From a virus, in IMG/VR virus record IMGVR_UViG_3300043827_000628, positions 1 through 64,000 of that record: a stretch of DNA of 64,000 bases, one strand, 5' to 3'. Within the stretch, counting starts at the first letter, position 1. Every line of letters begins with the position of its first letter. Below, one piece after another: positions 20,303 through 29,414 of this stretch. A program made the translations under genes and the position numbers. The notes under the pieces are model-generated. The model was not told the origin of the DNA. It did no database searches and saw only the letters and a program-made list of their open reading frames with translations.

Positions 20303-22638
20303 TATCTTGCCCTCGAATATTTAAATGAATGTTCTGCAAAGGCGGCGAAGATGTATGTGGCATTTGTATTGAGCGAGGCTCCTAAATTCCGCAGTTTGAA
20401 CCCGTTAGACAAAAGATCCAAGCCAAGATAGGTTGACTCGGAGCCTGGGGTGCTTGCGTTAAGATATGGGCCCATAACGTTATAACCTTGTCTGGTGGAG
20501 TCGAATATGTTCCAGTGAGTATCAAAAGAACTTACGGAGCTACTTTTAACCATCAACCACCTCGGCCTAAACCCGCAATACACAAACGGTCCGTCAGCCG
20601 ACCCGTTGCCAGTATAGCTTCCAAACTTGCTGAAGCCTTCGACTTCGGCGAAGAAGTAAGCTATAAAACTTTCTCCACTAGCAACTACATCATTATGTAA
20701 TCCTATATCAATTGCGCTTGCTCCTCTTCCTATCCAATTGTTGTAAAATGATACAGTTCTTGATGCGGTTCCGTTTAAAAGAAGATAATAATATTCAGAA
20801 TCTGTAGGAGATGATCCTACTCCTTGATGATAAACATACCAACCTCTTGCGCCAGTTAAACTTTTGATAATAACCATAGCTGGAGCTTTTCCCAAATTAT
20901 GGGAAATATTATTTGAATAACCATTACCAGTATAAGAAACAATATCCATCCCCGCTATCGGAGCCTCGTCCCAAGCCCAAGCGACAAAGGTTGATCCGTT
21001 ATTATTGTTTTCTGATTCTGTTCCTAGCGTAAAGCCATTTGCCCCAAGCGTAACGGTTGTCGAGGCTTCGGGCAACGTTTGGTCAGATCGGAGCCTCTTA
21101 CCGCTTCTTTGCGTGTCAAATATATTGTGGTTTTGAGCGAGGTTTCTTCCTTTTGTCCAAAGAAGGTCAGGGGAAAAGCCAAGCCCCGAAATTGTTTGCG
21201 TGGCTCCCGTCCCCGTGTACGTCACCACATCCATGTAACTGCTGGGCTTCTTGATAACTGGCGTGGGCAGGTTGGTCGTGCAGAGGGCCTTGAAGCCGGA
21301 GGGGGCGGGGTAGACAAATGGGCGTTGGCCGAAGTTGACGGTTAGACCAATGTTGGCGGAAATTGTATCATCGCCTACCACAGGAAAATATGTCCCGGCG
21401 GCAATACTCGTGTAAGCATTGCCTTGAGATACATTGTTTTTGTAAAAAGTTAACGTACCGTTATCTGCATCAAAGGCGATCCCAACTATATCGCCATTAG
21501 CAAGTATTGAACCATATGAAGACAAGGTGTTATTGTTTCTTTTGTTGCTGCCACCTGAATACGAAGCCCATACCCAGGAATACGCGTCAACACCCCCGTA
21601 ACTTGCAAGATTTGCTTGATTTGTGGCTATACCGGTTGCACAGTGATTGGATGTGGTAGTAACTTCCCAATACCATTTTCCGCTGGACATTCCAATTGTC
21701 CCAAGAATCAACCCATATCCGCTTCCGCTGCTGGTGACCTGCAGGTTTCCATTTGCCGGAGCTTGTATGTCTCCACCCTTTGCTAACGGATTGAGCGTGC
21801 AATAATTATTAGTAGGACTATCACTTACAACAAAATTATTTATCCCATCAGAACTATAACCATTTAATTTCCAGTTATTACCGTTGCCACTTTTATCTCT
21901 TATTAATTCACTAAAACTAGAATCATTTAGTGGCAAATAAAATCCATTTGTTCCATATGTTCCAGAGTACCTTTTTGGTTGCCAAATGCCAATACTATCA
22001 GTATAACCAAAATTTTCTGGACCAAGGGCTTGGCCTTCAATCCAATGCATTTCTGCAATATATCCATCGTAATACAGGTTTCTTGGCACGGATGAGGCAC
22101 CAATACTGTGGTCATACATTTGATTGTAATGAGTCTGTGTATTTTGATTTGGATATGTTGAGACAGAAAAAGATGTAACTTTAACTCCATTTACATACAT
22201 CTTAAGCCGCTCTGTGCTTGTGGCATTTGCCGTGTCTATTACATATACTAAGTGATACCAAGCTGATGGATCTCTTAAAACCTGATTTGACTGAAGAGTA
22301 TAATTGCTTGTAAGGCCAGCAGAGTTCATAAACAAACAATCGTCCTGAATCCCCATTTGGCTTGTTGATAAATAGATGTGGTTTCCAGCACAAAATATTC
22401 TTGGATAATATGCCGATCCTAAAACACCCCTCTTGATCCAGACAGAAAGTGTTGCTGTTTGAGCGTTTGAGCTTGTCGCTGGCGTTCTATTCAAAAATTG
22501 AGAACTGCCACTATTAAAAATTAAACTCTTATACTGTTTTACTGATGGTCCAAGAACACTATTAACGCCAATTGCTCCAAGACTTGAGCCACTTTTAACA
22601 CTTCCTGATATATCAAATAATTTAAATGGTTTAAACAT
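20302..22638 (-). CDS. virion protein, LamG + SPRY + C-terminal beta domain (paralog C)
   Basis: Same architecture and shared motifs as paralog A. Confidence 0.8.
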   Translation of the reverse strand: MFKPFKLFDISGSVKSGSSLGAIGVNSVLGPSVKQYKSLIFNSGSSQFLNRTPATSSNAQTATLSVWIKRGVLGSAYYPRIFCAGNHIYLSTSQMGIQDDCLFMNSAGLTSNYTLQSNQVLRDPSAWYHLVYVIDTANATSTERLKMYVNGVKVTSFSVSTYPNQNTQTHYNQMYDHSIGASSVPRNLYYDGYIAEMHWIEGQALGPENFGYTDSIGIWQPKRYSGTYGTNGFYLPLNDSSFSELIRDKSGNGNNWKLNGYSSDGINNFVVSDSPTNNYCTLNPLAKGGDIQAPANGNLQVTSSGSGYGLILGTIGMSSGKWYWEVTTTSNHCATGIATNQANLASYGGVDAYSWVWASYSGGSNKRNNNTLSSYGSILANGDIVGIAFDADNGTLTFYKNNVSQGNAYTSIAAGTYFPVVGDDTISANIGLTVNFGQRPFVYPAPSGFKALCTTNLPTPVIKKPSSYMDVVTYTGTGATQTISGLGFSPDLLWTKGRNLAQNHNIFDTQRSGKRLRSDQTLPEASTTVTLGANGFTLGTESENNNNGSTFVAWAWDEAPIAGMDIVSYTGNGYSNNISHNLGKAPAMVIIKSLTGARGWYVYHQGVGSSPTDSEYYYLLLNGTASRTVSFYNNWIGRGASAIDIGLHNDVVASGESFIAYFFAEVEGFSKFGSYTGNGSADGPFVYCGFRPRWLMVKSSSVSSFDTHWNIFDSTRQGYNVMGPYLNASTPGSESTYLGLDLLSNGFKLRNLGASLNTNATYIFAAFAEHSFKYSRAR
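20939..21338 (+). repeat. GC-rich dispersed repeat, copy 3 of 3
   Basis: Offset 4690 nt from copy 1. Confidence 0.95.
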
Positions 22639-23677
22639 TTATGCCAGTCTCTCCGAATACCATTAGATTAACAGCGCCAGATGTAGTTGTAGAGAACTGA
22701 AGACTATCATTAGCACTTTCTAATCTATTCAAAATCATATTATATTCTTCTCCAAGAATTAATGTGTCTGCACCAGATAGAGTCAATTCAAGAATCTGAT
22801 TTCCACTGTTCGCGGTTCCGATAGAGCCAGCAACATTACGAACATCATGAACTTTTACCGTTTCAACACTTGATGAAGTGTTATGAAATAGCATATTATA
22901 TATATTCATCTTTGATGTATTGCTAACATAACCAGAAGGAATACTTGATATTCCAGTTATACTAACAATATCTCTCATACGAATACTTGATGCTGTTCCT
23001 GTTTCACCTATCATCTTTATATTTAAAGATCCATAAATACCTGCAGCATCAATAATTGCTTGTATTGTATCGTTTGTTCTAGAAAGAACAATACCATTTG
23101 GAACCAGTAATCTTAAAGCAGATTTTCCTGGTAAATCAACGTCTAAAATTTTGTATTGCACTTCAGATACATTAACTTGACTGCCTGTTGATGGTACATA
23201 AAACATTTGAGTATTAACAAGAGTATCATTGCTATTCATTATATCAATTCTACGCAATAAAGAAATTGTGTTACTCGGATTTGTATATAATCTATGACCA
23301 CCAGTAGTAATTCCAGTAATTTGATTAAAAATAAGATTATTAACAGTAAAGTTGCCAGCTGTAGAAGTTTCACCAACTATGCCTGTAAGAAGTGACCCAT
23401 CACCAGAAAATTTAGTAGCTTTAAGAACTCCAACCACTTGCATCTTAACACCAGCATCAGGAGTTGGAATACCAACAGTAATAAATCCTGTAACATCTAA
23501 ATCGCCAGTAATATCAACAGAATTTAATTTAGTACTACCAGTGATGTCAATATTATTAAAGTAACTGGTACCAGTGGTGTTAATATTATTAAAGTAACTG
23601 GTACCAGTGGTGTAAATATTATTAAAGTAACTGGTATCAGAGGTGCGGATAGATTCAATCTGTAGCGTTCTTGGCAT
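22631..23677 (-). CDS. tail-fibre-like virion protein
   Basis: Beta-repeat shaft motifs (ITGDLDVTG, KATKFSGDGSLLTG); heads the fibre-like gene cluster; GTGTAA upstream. Confidence 0.7.
   Translation of the reverse strand: MPRTLQIESIRTSDTSYFNNIYTTGTSYFNNINTTGTSYFNNIDITGSTKLNSVDITGDLDVTGFITVGIPTPDAGVKMQVVGVLKATKFSGDGSLLTGIVGETSTAGNFTVNNLIFNQITGITTGGHRLYTNPSNTISLLRRIDIMNSNDTLVNTQMFYVPSTGSQVNVSEVQYKILDVDLPGKSALRLLVPNGIVLSRTNDTIQAIIDAAGIYGSLNIKMIGETGTASSIRMRDIVSITGISSIPSGYVSNTSKMNIYNMLFHNTSSSVETVKVHDVRNVAGSIGTANSGNQILELTLSGADTLILGEEYNMILNRLESANDSLQFSTTTSGAVNLMVFGETGINV
23549..23640 (+). repeat. 33-nt tandem repeat, ~2.8 copies (TTGTSYFNNIx)
   Basis: aatattattaaagtaactggta(c/t)cag begins at 23549, 23582 and 23615. 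Confidence 0.95.
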
Positions 23678-23815
23678 ATAGGAATATTACACCATCTTTC
23701 CAGACTTAATCTAAAAATACACTTAAAAAAGTAAAAAAGAATTTATTGTTGATAACAGAAAGTTTTTTACTTTCCTTATCTATAAGAACGCTGTAATATA
23801 GAATTTAGTCTCTTT

Positions 23816-26077
23816 ATGAATAAAAATATTTTAGTAAAAAAACGCAACGGCATAACAGAAAAATTTGATATAGAAAAAATTCACAGAATCATAAGTTGGG
23901 CAATAAAAGATCTTTCTGGAGTAAGTCTAACCGATATAGAAATAAATGCAAAAATCAATCTGCATGAAGGAATTAGCACAAAAGAAATCCATAAACTACT
24001 AATAGAAAGTGCTGCAAATCTTGTATCTATATCTAATCCAAATTATCAATATGTAGCTAGTAGACTTTTAAACTATCAATTAAGAAAAGAAGTATGGAAA
24101 GGCAAGCATGCTCCAAGACTTTTAGAATTTATACAAAATGGTATAAAAAATAAAACATATGACCCTATCCTACTTCAAAAGTACACAGAAGATGAATTGA
24201 ATAAAATTGGTGAATTTATAGATCACGATAGAGATTATAATTTTACTTATGCTGGTATAAAACAATTATGTGATAAATATTTAATTAAAAATAGAACTAC
24301 GGGAATTATTTATGAGACTCCACAATTTGCTTACATATTAATAGCATCTTATGCTTTTATAAATTATCCAGTTGAAACTAGATTAAATTATGTACGCAAA
24401 TTCTATGATGCTATCAGCAAGCATAAAATTAATCTTCCAACGCCAGTAATGGCTGGAGTAAGAACTAGTAGTAGAAATTATGCTAGTTGCTGTCTTATTG
24501 GAGTAGATGATACAAGAGAAAGTATTACTGCAAGTGCTACTGCTGTTAGTATGGCTACTGCAAATAGATGTGGTATTGGAATAGACGTAAGTAAAATCCG
24601 AGCACTTGGTTCTCCTATTAAAAATGGTGAAGTTGTACATACTGGTTTAATTCCATTCTTAAAAATCTATGAGAGTAGCGTTAAAGCTTGGCAACAAAAT
24701 GGATTAAGAGGCGGTAGCGCAACTTGCAATATTCAATGGTGGCATTATGAAATCGAAGATATAATTGTACTAAAAAATAATGCTGGTACAGATGATAACA
24801 GAGTTCGTAAATTAGATTATACAGTTGGTATGAGTAAATTATTCTATGATAGAGTTTTGAAAGACGAAGATATAACTTTATTCAATAATGCAGAAGTTCC
24901 AGAGTTATACGAATCATGGGGCACAAAAAACTTTGATAAAGTATACAAAGAATGTGAAAGTAAAAAATTAAAAATCAAAAAGAAAGTATCTGCTCGTAAA
25001 CTTTTCTCATTAATCATCAAAGAAAGAGTAGAAACAGGAAGAATTTATATTTTAAATGTAGACCATGCTAATGAACATGGAGCTTGGTCTGATAAAGTTA
25101 CCATGAGCAACCTTTGCACAGAAGTTATTCATCCAACCATTCCATTAAATGATTATCATGATAAAGAAGGCGAAATTGGAATGTGTATCCTTTCGGCAGT
25201 CAATATGCTAGAAATTAAAAACTGGCAAGATCTTGAAAAGACTTGCGATCTTATCGTAAGATTTCTTGATGAAATCATTGAACTTCAAGACTATTTTAAT
25301 ATCGCTGCTGAAAATTTTGCTAAAAAACGTCGTAGTTTAGGAGTAGGAATTACTAATCTTGCAGCTTATTTTGCTAAGAATGAATTAAAATATAACTCTG
25401 ACAACACATTATCAGTTTTAGATGAATGGATGGAATATTTTCAATATTATCTTTTAAAAGCTAGTCTTCAATTATCTAAAGAAAAAAGCAAATGTGAAAA
25501 ATTTAATCATACAAAATATTCAAAAGGTATTCTTCCTATTGATACTTATAAAGATAAATTAGATGAAATTTGTAAAAGAAAATTATCTCTTGATTGGGAA
25601 TCTCTTAGAAAAGAAATAAAAGAACATGGACTAAGACATTCAACATTATCTGCTTGTATGCCTTGTGAAAGCAGTTCTGTTATTCAATCCTCAACAAATG
25701 GAGTTGAACCTATCAGAAGCTTAATTACTTATAAAATGAGTAAAATGGGTAAGCTTCCAGTATTAGTTCCAGGAATAGGAAAATATGAAGGTAATTACGA
25801 ACTTGCTTATGATTTTAAAGATAACTCTGGATTATTAAAAGTAAATGCAATTATACAAAAATATATTGACATGGCTATATCAACTAATGTGTACTATAAT
25901 TATTCTCATTATGAAAACAATGTTCTTCCAGATGCAAAAGTCATGAAAGAGATTATACAAGCATATTCTTTAGGCCTTATTAGCCTTTATTATAATAATA
26001 CCGATGATGGCGATAAGGAACAATTGGTAAATCAAAAAGAAGATCGCGATTGTTCATCAGGCGCGTGTAAATTGTAA
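23816..26077 (+). CDS. nrdA: class Ia ribonucleotide reductase alpha subunit with ATP cone
   Basis: VKKRNG ATP cone, PTPVMAG, SCC, SNLCTE, MPCESSS and C-terminal CSSGACKL. Confidence 0.97.
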   Translation: MNKNILVKKRNGITEKFDIEKIHRIISWAIKDLSGVSLTDIEINAKINLHEGISTKEIHKLLIESAANLVSISNPNYQYVASRLLNYQLRKEVWKGKHAPRLLEFIQNGIKNKTYDPILLQKYTEDELNKIGEFIDHDRDYNFTYAGIKQLCDKYLIKNRTTGIIYETPQFAYILIASYAFINYPVETRLNYVRKFYDAISKHKINLPTPVMAGVRTSSRNYASCCLIGVDDTRESITASATAVSMATANRCGIGIDVSKIRALGSPIKNGEVVHTGLIPFLKIYESSVKAWQQNGLRGGSATCNIQWWHYEIEDIIVLKNNAGTDDNRVRKLDYTVGMSKLFYDRVLKDEDITLFNNAEVPELYESWGTKNFDKVYKECESKKLKIKKKVSARKLFSLIIKERVETGRIYILNVDHANEHGAWSDKVTMSNLCTEVIHPTIPLNDYHDKEGEIGMCILSAVNMLEIKNWQDLEKTCDLIVRFLDEIIELQDYFNIAAENFAKKRRSLGVGITNLAAYFAKNELKYNSDNTLSVLDEWMEYFQYYLLKASLQLSKEKSKCEKFNHTKYSKGILPIDTYKDKLDEICKRKLSLDWESLRKEIKEHGLRHSTLSACMPCESSSVIQSSTNGVEPIRSLITYKMSKMGKLPVLVPGIGKYEGNYELAYDFKDNSGLLKVNAIIQKYIDMAISTNVYYNYSHYENNVLPDAKVMKEIIQAYSLGLISLYYNNTDDGDKEQLVNQKEDRDCSSGACKL

Positions 26078-26080
26078 TCA

Positions 26081-27145
26081 ATGAAAAGCGTTTTAAATCT
26101 AAAAAATATAGATCATACTAAACAGCCCCTATTCTTTGGAGAAGATCTTAATCTACAAAGATATGATAAATTTAAGTATCCTATTTTCTTTGAATTATTT
26201 AAGAAGCAAGAGGAATTCTTCTGGTGGCCCCATGAGATAGCTCTTAATAAGGATAGAAGCGATTATAAAGAATTAGCTGGTCAAGAAAGATTTGTATTTG
26301 ATACTAATTTAAAATTCCAAACTCTTGGAGACTCTATGCTTTCAAGAAGTATCCATTCTCTTAAAGATTATGTAAGTAATCCAGAACTTGAAATTTGTAT
26401 GAATACATGGCAAAGATTTGAAGGAATCCACAGCTATTCTTACTCTTATTTACTTAATAATGTACATCCAGATGCCAGCAAATTTTTTGATAGTATAATG
26501 GATGACAAAGAAATTGTATCAAGAGTAGAGCTTATAAGAAATAATTTTGATAAAATACTTGGCGATGATGATAAAAAAGATTTAAAACAAAAAATATTTG
26601 ATTGCATACTTTCAGTTAATGTAATGGAAGGTCTTGTATTCTATGCGAGTTTTGCTTGTTCATTTTATTTTGGATATAGAGGTAAAATGGAAGGTAATGC
26701 AAAGATTATTAAGTTTATTCAAAGAGATGAAGCTTTACATTTTGCTACAACTCAAAACTTAATTAAAATATTAAGAGAAGAGGATAAAGAAGGATTTACT
26801 TCTATAGTTAAAAAAAGTGAAGATAAAATATATGCATTTTATGAACAAGCAGCTAAGAGTGAAATATCTTGGGCAGAGTACTTGTTCAAAGATGGTTCTT
26901 TACTTGGATTAAATTCTGAAGTTTTAGGAGGTTATGCAAAATGGCTTTGCGATGCTAGATTACGAAGTTTAGGTTATAAGAAAATTTTTAATTGCAAAGA
27001 TAATCCTATATCTGGATGGTTAGACAGTTATCTTGATAGTAGTAAAGTCCAAGTGGCACCACAAGAAACGGAAATTTCTGCATATAAAATAGGGGCAAGA
27101 AAAACTGATATTTCTGATGATGATTTTAGCGATATGAAATTATAA
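26081..27145 (+). CDS. nrdB: ribonucleotide reductase beta subunit
   Basis: FFWWPHE, EGIHSYSY, EGLVFYASF, RDEALH and VAPQETEISAY. Confidence 0.97.
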   Translation: MKSVLNLKNIDHTKQPLFFGEDLNLQRYDKFKYPIFFELFKKQEEFFWWPHEIALNKDRSDYKELAGQERFVFDTNLKFQTLGDSMLSRSIHSLKDYVSNPELEICMNTWQRFEGIHSYSYSYLLNNVHPDASKFFDSIMDDKEIVSRVELIRNNFDKILGDDDKKDLKQKIFDCILSVNVMEGLVFYASFACSFYFGYRGKMEGNAKIIKFIQRDEALHFATTQNLIKILREEDKEGFTSIVKKSEDKIYAFYEQAAKSEISWAEYLFKDGSLLGLNSEVLGGYAKWLCDARLRSLGYKKIFNCKDNPISGWLDSYLDSSKVQVAPQETEISAYKIGARKTDISDDDFSDMKL

Positions 27146-27170
27146 TACAGTCTAAAGTGTATTGTATAGT

Positions 27171-27371
27171 GTGATAGAAAATAAAAAAAAGAAAAAAGTA
27201 AATCAACTTACTATTAAAGAATGTGAAGCTATTTTACAAAGATTGGCTAGACAAGTCGAATGTAAATATTATCAACATATTCTAGAGCATTATAGAAGGC
27301 TTTTACCTCCTCATTCTGCAGCTTTTGAATTAGTAAAAATACCAAATGATGGTTATGCTACTTTACCGTAA
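27171..27371 (+). CDS. hypothetical protein
   Basis: Start placed at GTG 27171, 8 nt after a GTGTAT motif. Confidence 0.6.
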   Translation: MIENKKKKKVNQLTIKECEAILQRLARQVECKYYQHILEHYRRLLPPHSAAFELVKIPNDGYATLP

Positions 27372-27411
27372 TTTTAATTAAAAATAATAAAATACAAGTG
27401 TAAATATATAT

Positions 27412-27750
27412 ATGAATTTCGACATGGGCACATTATTCAATATAGTTCTTGGGGCTCTCACATTTTTAGGAGGATGGTTATTTACTAGAGTATTTTCGCT
27501 TATTGATAATCAAGACGAATTATTAAATAAACTAAATGAAAAAATATTTTCTGATTTTATAACTTTAAGAAAAGAAGTAGAGTCAGAAGGTCGTAAACAT
27601 CAACAAGAAATAGCTGATTTGGCTCTTAAAGTAAGCACAACTTATGTGACAAAAGAATCATTTGAAGCTTATTTTGATAGAATCGAAGCAAAACTTGATC
27701 GTAATTTTGAGACTATTCAACAACATTTAATTAATAAAAATAAAAATTAA
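27412..27750 (+). CDS. single-TM + coiled-coil protein (holin-like candidate)
   Basis: N-terminal TM FNIVLGALTFLGGWLF, then a coiled coil ending YVTKE..RIEAKLD. Confidence 0.5.
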   Translation: MNFDMGTLFNIVLGALTFLGGWLFTRVFSLIDNQDELLNKLNEKIFSDFITLRKEVESEGRKHQQEIADLALKVSTTYVTKESFEAYFDRIEAKLDRNFETIQQHLINKNKN

Positions 27751-27764
27751 CTGTAATAGTTAAT

Positions 27765-28280
27765 GTGATCGTTTCCGAAATAGATATAAATTTCTTCGCT
27801 AAAAAATTAAATTTGTCAGAAGAAAAAACTTTTCTTCTTTTGCAAGACCCAGATTGTCTACCAGAAATTTTGAATAAAATATCAGATCAAGATATAAATG
27901 GAATAATTGATATAAGTTTTCCAGTTTTTACAGAGCTAACAATATTCAAGTATTCTAAAGACATAGAATGTTCTTTTCAAGAAAAAGAATACGTTTCAGA
28001 AGCTGTAAGTAATAAATTTTATAATTTAATAGAATATCCATTACAAAACAAATATTTCTTTCAGTTAGAGCATAATGAAGATACTGCAAAATCTGTTTTA
28101 GTATTTCTAGGATTTTTCTATAAGAGTTTAGAAAAGCTCAGAAGATCATACCCCTCTGAAAGTATATATTATGGTATAGCTAAGAGTGGATTTGAGAATG
28201 CAGAAAGAGATGAAGTATCTTATCATTTAAAAGATTGGATCAAAGTCTTAAGAAGAATACATAATGAAGTCTGGTACTAA
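27765..28280 (+). CDS. hypothetical protein
   Basis: 171-aa ORF with GTG start 8 nt after CTGTAA. Confidence 0.7.
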   Translation: MIVSEIDINFFAKKLNLSEEKTFLLLQDPDCLPEILNKISDQDINGIIDISFPVFTELTIFKYSKDIECSFQEKEYVSEAVSNKFYNLIEYPLQNKYFFQLEHNEDTAKSVLVFLGFFYKSLEKLRRSYPSESIYYGIAKSGFENAERDEVSYHLKDWIKVLRRIHNEVWY

Positions 28281-28314
28281 TATCTTAACATATATTATTA
28301 TACTTTTCTTTGAT

Positions 28315-28622
28315 ATCCCATAGAAGACTTTCCCTCAGAAATTTCTTGAAGTTATGTTTAGTCTTTTGTCTCTACTTTTCTTTTGACTCCCATTTCCTTC
28401 TTTTGAAGGAACAGACTACGGCACTTATAGATGGGCGAGGTGGCTTGCCCCTGTACATACTGCCGTCCCATACAGCCACACATTAACTTCTAAGCCATCT
28501 TATGCACAAAGAAGGTTTTCATAGTTGCAAGTCTTCACAGCATTGCTATCTCTGTAGACAAAGGACTAAATAATTTTCTATAAAACTATCAAAATTGCCT
28601 ATAATTAGAAGGCTATGTCAAT
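28315..28622 (-). ncRNA. putative ~300-nt highly structured ncRNA of unrecognised class
   Basis: No ORF of 60 aa or more in the gap, which is GC-richer than its flanks and has many complementary segments; a TTGACA-N17-TATTAT promoter points into it on the minus strand. Strand and ends are uncertain. Confidence 0.6.
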
Positions 28623-28627
28623 AGCTT

Positions 28628-28671
28628 ATAATACAAAAATCTTTGAATTTTGTCAAATGTTTTTATATAAT
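28628..28671. promoter_or_regulatory. overlapping divergent sigma70-type promoters
   Basis: Minus strand TTGACA(28656-28651)-N17-TATTAT(28633-28628); plus strand TTGAAT(28643)-N17-TATAAT(28666-28671). Confidence 0.65.
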
Positions 28672-28678
28672 TTTTTTT

Positions 28679-28894
28679 ATGGAAGCGATAAGAAATGAAA
28701 AAGCTTGGATAAAATATAAAAAACAAAAAGCTTTAAATTATAATATTGATGAAAAAGATATAGACGCTAATTATTATCCAGATCAATATCCATGCCTAGC
28801 ACAACAGTACTTGAGTTCAGATGCGAATGGAATTAGATTAAAGTTTATATTTGTTTATAAAAAAGATTGTCAAAAGTTGATAGGTAAAGTATAA
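28679..28894 (+). CDS. hypothetical protein
   Basis: Start moved to ATG 28679, 7 nt after TATAAT; YPDQYPCLA motif. Confidence 0.6.
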   Translation: MEAIRNEKAWIKYKKQKALNYNIDEKDIDANYYPDQYPCLAQQYLSSDANGIRLKFIFVYKKDCQKLIGKV

Positions 28895-28927
28895 TTTGTG
28901 TAAGTAATTTTATAGTTCTTTCTCATT

Positions 28928-29346
28928 GGGCCAGACTTGGTTTCGATTTTAGGAATCGAAATTAAAATGCAAGTAGAGTTGAAGTGGACTCTTTAAACAA
29001 CTTCAAAATACTTAACTGCCAAACCAGCTAAGTTAAAGGGCAGCTTCTCCTTGAGAGTTTCTCACAAGAAGAACTCCCTAATCGCAGCCTAAAACTCTGC
29101 GACCTGTTACCTACGACACATCTACTAGGATAATGGGTATTTAGATGTATTAATTTAAATCCTTTTTATTTAATTTTTAAATTAATTATATTGGGTAGAT
29201 TTGACCAAGGTTAGATCTATTATAAAATAAATAGCTATAGCCCGATTGCCTGTTCGACACTATAGCGAAAAAACGGAATAGGCTAAACTTGTAGTATTTT
29301 AATTTAAGTTCACTAAAAGACGGGGATTCAATCTCCCCCTGGTCCA
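28928..29346 (+). ncRNA. ssrA: tmRNA
   Basis: Acceptor stem GGGCCAG/CTGGTCC-A with G3:U pair, GGTTTCGA loop, T-arm GGGGA-TTCAATC-TCCCC, long helix 2, PK1, and resume context TAACT-GCC. Tag ORF 29018-29092 encodes AKPAKLKGSFSLRVSHKKNSLIAA*. Confidence 0.95.
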
Positions 29347-29414
29347 AGTAAACGATTCCTTTGCTCTCCAATTTTATTAGTATACTTTTTAGTTATAAGT
29401 GTAATAAATATATT

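Noticed and set aside
16246-21345. Repeated plus-strand ORFs (e.g. 16246-16548, 18606-18917, 21079-21345)
   Set aside because: They are antisense shadows of the GC-rich repeated coding blocks.
15609-22638. Diversity-generating retroelement (TR/VR pairs) in the three paralogs
   Set aside because: Differences between copies involve all four bases rather than only adenines, every copy lies inside an intact CDS, and no reverse transcriptase is present in the window.
15609-22638. Shufflon or invertible cassette system
   Set aside because: All repeats are direct and on the same strand, and no site-specific recombinase is encoded in the window.
28321-28340. RNase P RNA (minus-strand GAGGGAAAGTC resembles the GAGGAAAGUC conserved region)
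   Set aside because: The motif lies at the 3' end of the putative transcript rather than near the 5' end, and the other conserved regions are not identifiable. A permuted form cannot be excluded without a covariance search.
29300-29346. Stand-alone tRNA gene
   Set aside because: The T-arm and acceptor strand belong to the tmRNA; no separate cloverleaf was found in the window.
29186-29371. 61-aa minus-strand ORF
   Set aside because: It is antisense to the tmRNA 3' half and has no recognisable protein features.
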